A DNA stretch of 64,000 nt. Origin: Tubiluchus corallicola (lineage: Eukaryota > Animalia > Priapulida). Positions 55,682 through 64,000 of the stretch are shown here, one piece after another. The position numbers and the translations under genes are program-made. Under the pieces are notes generated by a model that worked only from the letters and a program-made list of their open reading frames with translations, ran no database searches and had not been told where the DNA came from. Every line of letters begins with the position of its first letter. The stretch's first letter is position 1. The stretch spans positions 682,001-746,000 of the forward strand of contig JAQGDQ010002368.1 of NCBI GenBank assembly GCA_030141605.1. The letters run 5' to 3'.

Positions 55682-58655
55682 CTGTGAAAAGGACAAATAA
55701 AAACAATGTAACTATATTATGTAAGGAAAATAAGGAGTCCAAAACTTGGATTACAGCAAAAATGTTCTCATAGAATTATCAAAACTAGATCACAGTTGTT
55801 TGCTCAAGCTTATAGCATAAGAAAATGTCAAAAATTTCTTCCTGAGAATATTGTGCCACACTCATGTACTGTTAGCTTTCGCTGAACCTTTTCATCCTTC
55901 TGGCTTTTTGAAATAATGAGAGTCTCGAAATTCATAAAACCTGAAAATTCTGTTAGCGTGTATCACCACTGACATCCATTTCAAACAGTTTTCTTATGAA
56001 TAAAACTGCTGTGTTTTGACATACACAGAAACGATTTCTGTTAAGATACCTCTTTAAAGTTGAACTGGTGAAGCACAGCTGTCCCATTATGTATGCAAGG
56101 CCGCTGAGTTTCGTTGCCATTTTCACATGCTATAAATTAAACATGTAATGAAAGTTCCATATAATATTTTAATAATTCACAGTATTAAGATAAGCCTAAG
56201 TTGATAAATTGTCTACACAGAAAAATTTCGAATAATAAAATATGCCAAATTGCACTAAACTGTGATTAACAGAATTTATTGATGGAACATTTATATGCTA
56301 CCCCCAGCACAAATACTTGCGTATTTCTGTAACATCTTTCCATTGGTTGATGTTCAGAGCCTCATTCCCGTATTTAAACCAGCTGAGATATTCAAGCCAT
56401 ATAAAATATACAGGAATCGACCTGGAAATACACATTCATATTATAATTCAGATGTTTCCGCAATGCCTTTTGCCATCATCAATGTGAACCAAAACGTGGA
56501 AAAAATCGTTCATGATAGCAAGAGGTTTTGCCGCATGCCCCTGAATAACGGACAAAAAAGTTTTGAGGTCTACGTTGAAAATTTTTTCGCCTGCGTTCCT
56601 GGTTTTACTCTTAATTTAATATCTGACTCAGTCCTCAAATTAATTTTCTGCCATCTGCTTAGCCAGCTGTTCTATCTACACGTTCTTAAACAGTGATAGA
56701 GAACAGGCAAAGCCCTATCATTACATAGGGCACCTATATAATAATATTAATACATTATAACTATTGTTGTTTGGTAAATTTAACTTACTCCACATTCAGT
56801 AATAGACCACCAAACAGCATCATTGCCATAAGAAATGGCGCAGCAGCGGCCCATACAATCTCCGGATTGGAGGAGAAGCAAGACATCATATAACCTGGAA
56901 AGGAAATTAAAAAAACGATGAGTTGATGCAAAGAAATCTTGCCAATCAAAGTTAATCAAGGTCATTCAAATTAAAGTGTTAAGTAACCTTTGCCTACAAA
57001 CAGAAACATAAGCCATGCAAAGACTACCTCTTAAAAACAGGCTGGTTTAAAAAAGAGACCTAATCTAGTCTGTTGCTCATCAATTAAGGCAGAATTACCT
57101 ATTACATAATTTTCTATCTTAATTATAAAATGAATCGTTTGTGTAAAAAGATATTCACCTTGTCTGGAACATTTGGCAAACACAGCAGGCTCCTTTTACT
57201 GCCTGCCTGGTATATGCAAATTTTATGTTATTGTTAGTACAACAGTACAACAGTATGTTATATTCTCTCCTATACTATTTCTGCAAAAATGTGAACTGCC
57301 ACAAAAAAACATTCGCCTCGTCTAAGGCATCTGGCAAACACAGCAGATTTCATTTACAGCATGGTACATGCGAACTTCATCTATTGTTAGTACAGCATTA
57401 TACTATGTGTTCCTCACTTTGCTAAAGCATGTGCAAATAATATGCAACTGCTGAGCAGTGTTAATTGTTGCACATAATTTATACTGTTGTTAAAATAATC
57501 TCGTTCCATTGTTTATTTTAATGTCTTTTTACAAATTGTGCTAGAGGTTTCGCTTTTGTACCTTCTTGCACTTAAAATTATCAGCAATAGACTTTTATTT
57601 TATACTTTAATTGATACTGATGCCATATTTCTGCATGGCACTTACTGAACCAAAATATGACACAGATACTCAGAGAAATTGTTGAAAAAAAATTACAAAA
57701 TTAGAATATCTTGTATGGTCGTAAGCTTACCGAATGACGCTGATACATTAGCTATTAAAATGAGAATTCCAGCGCAAACAAAAAAGTGCGACGCTGAATG
57801 ATATAAACCTGAAAAAAACACAGAAAACTACTCAATAAGTAAAACATACATCAAAGTTTAAAATAAAAAGCTCACTACAAAATAAAAAAGCGGGATAAGG
57901 ATCCATTATTACTTACCCACCATAAAATAGTGTATAAGCGTAAACAGAAATGGCAACAGGATGAAAAATGGTAGCTGAAAGAACAATGGTAGTTGAATGA
58001 TACAATAATTTGAAAGATTACACTATTATAGCTCAAAACCACTAAATGCCTAATATGGAGTTTTAGTTTCTCTGTGTGATATTTCATATTACTATTTCTT
58101 AACGAGATTAAATATTTCCCATAAGTATGTAATATTTCTTCCTTTTTCCTAAAACCTTACAGCATCGAAAACTGATGTTGCAGACTTTCAGATTTATAAT
58201 TAAGTCTGTATTACCTCACACCTTAATTACGAATGCAGCTTTGCAAAAATTCTACATTAAATTAAACACATTTATCCAATATCACTTACTTGCTTTAAAT
58301 AACTCTTATCACTAATTTCATCGGTGTATATAATATACAGCCCCTACCTCTGCCAGCATTTTGCTGAGGAAATATGTGTCCAACCTATAGCTAGCATTAA
58401 AGTGCTCCCTCAGAAAAATGACACACTCTTCACAAAACACCTGCAAGCAGAACCAACTAAAAGTACATGTATTTTAAAAATTGCGATATTGTACAGTTAT
58501 CGAAGGATTTTACTATAACGTAGAAATGCATTAAGTCAAGCAAAACATTCTTAAATTCATAAAAATTTAACAGAAGTAACAAAACATTTACTGTTGTGTT
58601 ACTTTTATTAATGGAACATTTTTTTCATTTTCATGACTTTACATGTGCCCATGTG

Positions 58656-58710
<55 letters not shown>

Positions 58711-61700
58711 CACCAGGTTGCGAGTAAAGAAAAGGAAGCCGGCAAATAAATGTTTTTTGTAACACGATCAGAGTGAGATCATTAGCCTTAAATATGCCTA
58801 AATTGTTAATACTGATTTGCAGGTTCGATTATGCATGACTGCTCAAGCCAGCTTTGTGAAGACATCAATCGAAGCTTCGATCAAAAAGATTTCCTTTAAA
58901 GTGTGATACAAGGCTATACCTAACAGCGATGCTCAGCTTCTCGAATGTGGAGACGGCTGAAAAAATGTCTTGTGGTTTCGTCTACCACTGATCTTAGCTT
59001 TTTATCCCATTGATCAAGGATGTGTCTGAATAAAACCGAGAATTTCTGCCAGTTCCATGTCTCCTTTTAGATAATTATTCTTGATAATGAACCAGATTAC
59101 GATTCTAACTTCATTAGATAAAGTATTTTACTGAAGTATTTTAAAGCTTTACTGTTTCGTGACGTAACAACATCCCTTTCAACAATGGTGATGCTGCAGT
59201 TATTGAAGAAGTTAGTGTAGATGGGATTTTTACAGTTTTGCCTTATGTGAACTACTGAAAATAAGTTCTGCATAGTCATATTTATAATTAGAAGAGACAG
59301 GTGGTTGACAGGTATTAATAGGGGTGGTTGACTTGGTGACCCTTGGTCTTTTCGCCACCTCGTCTCTTTTATGTCTTTATTTTAGTCTTTAGCCTTTGTT
59401 TATGTTTATTTTGCAACATACACAGACAAAGAATTTTTTATTTCGAAATGAATGTTCCCAAGCGTAAAGTCCAACAATTTTACTGTTGAAACTTTCGTAC
59501 ATTTTTCTCAAATGTTACAATAATCCCAATTTCTCAAGAGACTTGACTTTTGCTTTTGGGTTAATATTAATTTTAATATTAATTTTTGGGTTATTCGCTT
59601 GAAAATAACTCTATAGAGCCGCTCATTTCGCTGTGATGTTGTTCTCGCTCGTGTAATACCAAACTCATTCTATACCATTTTTACCTTGTACTGCAAGTAC
59701 TTGTACCAAACGTGCCTGACAAAACTTCATTAGTACCATGTTTACCAGTACCAAATTTTCCCTGTACCAAAATTTTCTCGTACCAAAATTACCAGGACCA
59801 GACTTACTTGTACCGAACTTACTAGTTCCAAAATTACTGCGCACTAGTTTGCACTACCGTAGTGCTGTTTAGTTATAGTTTACCACCTATATATTGCTAA
59901 GTCAGTTGTGCCGTTCAGTGTCTGGAGTTAGTGTCTTTGCAACATCTACATTAGTTAAAGTCTGCCATTGAGCACTGGTCAAAGTTTGAAAAGTGTTACA
60001 CTCCACAAAAAAATCTGACATTTTTTCGACTTGAACCAGTAACCTGTTGAACACAACCAACTTCAACAACAATGGCGAAAAGAAAAGGGCTTCAACTGAC
60101 TAGATGAACTTTTGTGCAATTTAGCACCTACATTGACTACTGTGTAAGCGTTGTTTACAGACATGGCTATAATTGAAATAAACAAGACAGAAGTGATGTT
60201 TTGCACAGCTTCTTGGTTCATTTCCTGCTGCAGGTAGACAATTCCAAGTATTATACCCATTACCTACAAAAGAAAAATTTGTGAAAACTGAAAAGAGTTG
60301 AAAAAAGCATCAGATGTTTTGCACTAATAAACCTCTCACATACAATATTTTTCGCATCACATTCACATAGCTTTTAGTTAGTTAAGTCTGATTTCTACTC
60401 ACCATTGTTTGAAAAGTTCTCACTTTTATTGCCATTGGATCTCGAATCACGCTGATTAATGCTCTGTGTGTTAGAGTGATAAATTGCTTTATCCAACTTG
60501 CTTTATACCTAAATGAAACATACGCTAAAATGTTTGGTTAACTGTAATAAGCAGGCGACAGGCTTTTAGGCTTGTAATTGCTAAACCCCTTACAATAATA
60601 ATTGGGGTGTGCTGGCTATAATTAGAAGAAATAGGATGCCAGTGATTGTTATAATTGGCTACTTGATTTCCTTCATTAAAGTGTACACGAGTCTGATAAG
60701 GAAAAGATGACAAAATATCAGTGATTGTTTGGAAATACTTGATAAGGAAAACCTACCTCGAGTTAAATTGGTGAAATCGAAATTTAAATGTTGGCACTCA
60801 TTCACTTGTGCAGATACTTCGTCGCAAATGCATCAGAAAGTACAACCACAATAATCGTGACAACAAAAATGCTAACACAGCAAGGAATTCACATGCATTT
60901 TAAATTTGGAAGTCTGGTTTTTCAGTTTTTGTATTCTTGTTTCCAGTGGCATTTTCAACAATTTTTCAGACAAAAAGTAGCTAAAAATAATTCAATAAAA
61001 ACTCATAAACTGCAGTCTTTTGTATTATTACTAAATAATTAAAATATAGTTACTGGATTGTATTTAATGAAAAGAGGTTACTTACGTTGAACGATGAGCC
61101 AGCAATTCACCGAACTGAAAAAATGCATGTATAAATAATTGCAATGAAACTGCTGGAAACAGCTATCTTGGTTTGGCGTTAATTGTAATACATGACAAGA
61201 TGTTACAAAATTGCATTTACTGCAAACATCAACAAAGCACACTACAAAGCGGAGCATCACCTGACAACAGGGGGTCGTAGTATTTTTCAAGTATTGGTTC
61301 CCGTGAATCCGACTTTTAACCTTGGGACTCCAAAAGCGATAAGGTTCTTCTCCTATTGATGGGCGGCCCAAATGTGAAAGTCGAATGCATTGCATTAATT
61401 CTTTAGAGTTAGAATGCATCCGCAACCTTTTTCAAGTAGTGTATCCTATGACACTGACTTTTGATCTTAAGGCCTCAAAACCCATAAGATTCTTCCCCTG
61501 TTGACAGTCGATGAATACATAAAATATGAAAGTTTAGGCTACGTCTTCACAAACTTTTCCAACTGAGACGTTGACCTTTGATAAGGGGCCCACAAAGTCG
61601 ATAGGTCGTTCTTTTACTGACTGATGAGCCTATATATTATATGAAAAATGAATGTCATGCTTCAAAAAAGGTTAGCTCGAAAAGTGTTCACAAGACCAAT

Positions 61701-63781
61701 AACGAATTACAGACAAACGAACGGGCAGAAGCATGGACGGCCAAACGGACAGATGCACGAACAGAGGCTTACTATACCGAATAACATATTAATAGATTCA
61801 ACATTAGCGATTGTTAATAGATGTTACTAAATTGAACAACATATTAAAAGATTCAATGCCAATTGTTATCAGCTGCTTTCTTACGTCAATGAGCTGTTTA
61901 TTTCGATTATTCTCCATGATAACTTGTTTGACAAGATAACCTTGAGGGGACACTTCAAATGCGTTACATATTCTCTGAAAGTAACAAGTTGGAAAGTAAG
62001 AAAAACAAAAAGACAGTTTTAATTAATGAAAATTACAATTAATGAAACCCATTATTCACCTAACAAATTATTAATAAAAAAATGTTTTAACAAAATTCAA
62101 TTGAAGATATAAGCTCAAATAATTATAAAATCTTTACTACAGGTAACGCTGCAGCTGCGTACGTACCTCTACTTTGTCTTTGCATTGGGCCTCCTTTTCT
62201 GGGATTACAGCTAAACTGTGCACATAGTAATCAGCAGGATTAAACTTTGGTGGACATTTGCAATCCATCGTCTTGAAAAATGTATGAATAGTTTTTCTTG
62301 AACCTAAATACGCCACCCTGCCTTCTGCCATTAACAATATCCTGCATTACAATTTAGAGAATAGTAATTTATTTTTACATATATAGGCCTATATAAAAAA
62401 CATTGTCAAGCAGTTGTTTCTATGGTCCAAGTAAGTCAGCAGAAGGCAAATTTGGAATTTTAAGCTAGCAAAACAAAGTCTAAAATCAGCAAAAAACTGT
62501 ATCCTAAAATTACAAAAAAATGCTCAGGAAAAAGCATAAGTAAATAGAAATACATAGGCATTTAAAAATGCTATCTACTGTTATTCAGCACTAGAAACTA
62601 GTGAATACGTTAAATATGTCTTAGAAAGCCTAATAGTCATACGAGATTTAAAAGTTAAAAATTTAAAATATAAATAACTAAATACAAATTATTAATGGTT
62701 TCAGGTAAAAAACATATTTTAAATTTGAAATGACTCAGCAGTAAAATTGGAAGCCAAAAGTAACTACGTAAGTCACTATTACTGTTAAAATGGTTTATAG
62801 TGAAGCATGAAATCTACATTTTTGCATGTAAAAATTGTATACATAGCACTTTTACCTGTCGAACATGGCATACACTTCAGATGAAGGTTGATGTATGGTG
62901 CACAGGATAGTTCGCCCTTTACAAGCCATGTCTTTCAAAACACATATGACGTTTTGTGCCATAAAGGAGTCCAAACCAGATGTTGGTTCATCGCAAAACA
63001 TTAATTTTGGATTTGTTAGCATCTAGAAAAAGGCATTTATTTCATTATAGTTGTTGAAATAATTATGACAAATGTTTTTTCTCTTTACAGATTATTTGTA
63101 AATGCTATAATGCTAATTCAAGACCCACAACAGGTATAGTTAGAGCAAACTTATTTTCAAACAATGATTTTAACAGTCTTTTAAGAAAAATTGTTATGAC
63201 AGTGATAGGTAGGTAAAATTTTCAAACCATTCTGCATATAGTAGCTCCCATGTCATTATTAACCTTCAGTAATAGCACAGACACAAAAGGTGCCAGCAAT
63301 ATTTTAATAAATACAAACGAGTAAATGCTTATTCATTATCAAAGTATAACTTACTAACCTCAGATGCAAATGCAAGACGCTTTCTTTCGCCTCCTGAAAT
63401 ACCTTTTATTCTACCAGGGACGCCTATCCATGTGTTCTCGCATTTCTTTAAACCAAGCTGTAATGGCAAATAATGATTTCACATGATTTTGCTTCATTCT
63501 TTCTATTCTTTTCATAATTTTTTCGATGCCCCCTTTTCCCTTCATTCCTTTTTAAGTCTTTCATTCTTCTGAACATTTTTTATGCTTTTTCTTTGACTAT
63601 TTTTTCCTCTTTTATCATCGGCAGAATTGAGTAATTTAATTATGGCTCGACAAAATGTAGTATAAATTATTTTAAGATCCTAAAAATGAATACAGGTGTA
63701 GCAAACTACCTCCGTGAGAGTTTCTTCAACTTTCTTCATTCGCTGAGAATACGTGAATTCTTTGTCCATTCTCAATAGAGC
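55580..63781 (-). CDS. w: White-like ABCG half-transporter (paralogue B), 5'-partial; exons 5-19 present
   Basis: Signature [38 protein letters not shown], six TMs; 14 of 15 exon lengths equal those of paralogue A (exon 18 is 9 nt longer). Symbol marks the white family only. Confidence 0.93.
56050..56129 (-). CDS. ABCG B exon 18
   Basis: [26 protein letters not shown]. Confidence 0.88.
56321..56421 (-). CDS. ABCG B exon 17 (GC donor)
   Basis: [27 protein letters not shown]; followed by GCAAGT. Confidence 0.86.
56789..56894 (-). CDS. ABCG B exon 16
   Basis: [34 protein letters not shown]. Confidence 0.9.
57160..57440. repeat. Diverged ~160-bp intronic tandem duplication
   Basis: TGGCAAACACAGCAG ... 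TATTGTTAGTACA occurs twice (about 57174 and 57332). Confidence 0.75.
57731..57808 (-). CDS. ABCG B exon 15
   Basis: [26 protein letters not shown]. Confidence 0.88.
57917..57974 (-). CDS. ABCG B exon 14
   Basis: [20 protein letters not shown]. Confidence 0.88.
58348..58440 (-). CDS. ABCG B exon 13
   Basis: [31 protein letters not shown]. Confidence 0.9.
58660..58706. repeat. (TA)n microsatellite
   Basis: Direct reading. Confidence 0.95.
59672..59840. repeat. Degenerate ~15-bp tandem array (GTACCAAAATTACCT-like)
   Basis: GTACCA/GTACCG/GGACCA/GTTCCA cores recur at roughly 15-16 bp spacing. Confidence 0.7.
60132..60263 (-). CDS. ABCG B exon 12 (TM1-TM2)
   Basis: [28 protein letters not shown]...VVN. 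Confidence 0.9.
60403..60508 (-). CDS. ABCG B exon 11
   Basis: [24 protein letters not shown]. Confidence 0.9.
61086..61114 (-). CDS. ABCG B exon 10 (29-nt microexon)
   Basis: [10 protein letters not shown]. Confidence 0.85.
61195..61790. mobile_element. Old HINE-like element with three diverged internal repeats, in ABCG B intron 9
   Basis: Three copies of a GAC(C/T)TTT(G/A)A...AAA..(G/C)ATA(A/G)G..TTCTT block near 61310, 61455 and 61572, then an ACGG/ACAG-type degenerate microsatellite (61709-61763). Confidence 0.5.
61885..61974 (-). CDS. ABCG B exon 9
   Basis: [30 protein letters not shown]. Confidence 0.88.
62167..62341 (-). CDS. ABCG B exon 8
   Basis: [13 protein letters not shown]...NPADYY. 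Confidence 0.92.
62856..63022 (-). CDS. ABCG B exon 7
   Basis: [14 protein letters not shown]...TIHQPSSE. Confidence 0.93.
63359..63457 (-). CDS. ABCG B exon 6
   Basis: [16 protein letters not shown]. Confidence 0.93.
63710..63781 (-). CDS. ABCG B exon 5
   Basis: [24 protein letters not shown]. Confidence 0.9.
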
Positions 63782-64000
63782 CTACAACTCAAACCAACAG
63801 ATATTTTAGATTTACAATTTTGCACAGCAGCATAAGACTTAAGCTGTGCTGCAGTCTATATTGTTGTTGCAGTGATCTAGTGTTTAGCATACATTGTTGT
63901 CCTGAACGCTATACTGTATCGCCTGACATTTTTGTATTGCTGTATTGTATTGCACTGCATTGTTGTTGTGTTACTGAAATGTATTGATTTGTTGTTTTTT

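Noticed and set aside
56040-56049. Possible U12-type donor (GTATCTTA) in ABCG B intron 18
   Set aside because: It does not match GTATCCTT, and the paralogous intron is an ordinary GTAAAT.
56295-56696. 133-aa plus-strand ORF
   Set aside because: Antisense shadow of ABCG B exon 17 plus intron; no recognisable motifs.

Overview
AT-rich, intron-rich animal (invertebrate-looking) genomic DNA. Three protein-coding genes could be rebuilt by hand with consistent splice phases. (1) A 3-exon class A GPCR on + (8964-26569, 632 aa) resembling prostanoid (EP4-like) receptors, but lacking key ligand and sodium-pocket residues and carrying a ~300-aa tyrosine-motif/PDZ-ligand tail. (2) A complete 19-exon white-like ABCG half-transporter on - (49213-32889, 674 aa). 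(3) A tandem paralogue of it on - (15 exons, 63781-55580; 5' end beyond the window). The two ABCG paralogues share exon structure, have nearly identical ATPase cores but very different substrate-pocket helices, and each has one GC-AG intron at a different position. Non-coding DNA holds a ~30-copy 47-bp array inside a Helentron-type non-autonomous element, a second such element, two MITEs, LINE relics, a relic of a XPG/FEN-like + CXC repeat-borne gene, and many microsatellites. No CRISPR, rRNA or intact tRNA was seen. Family assignments are from recalled motifs, not database searches.
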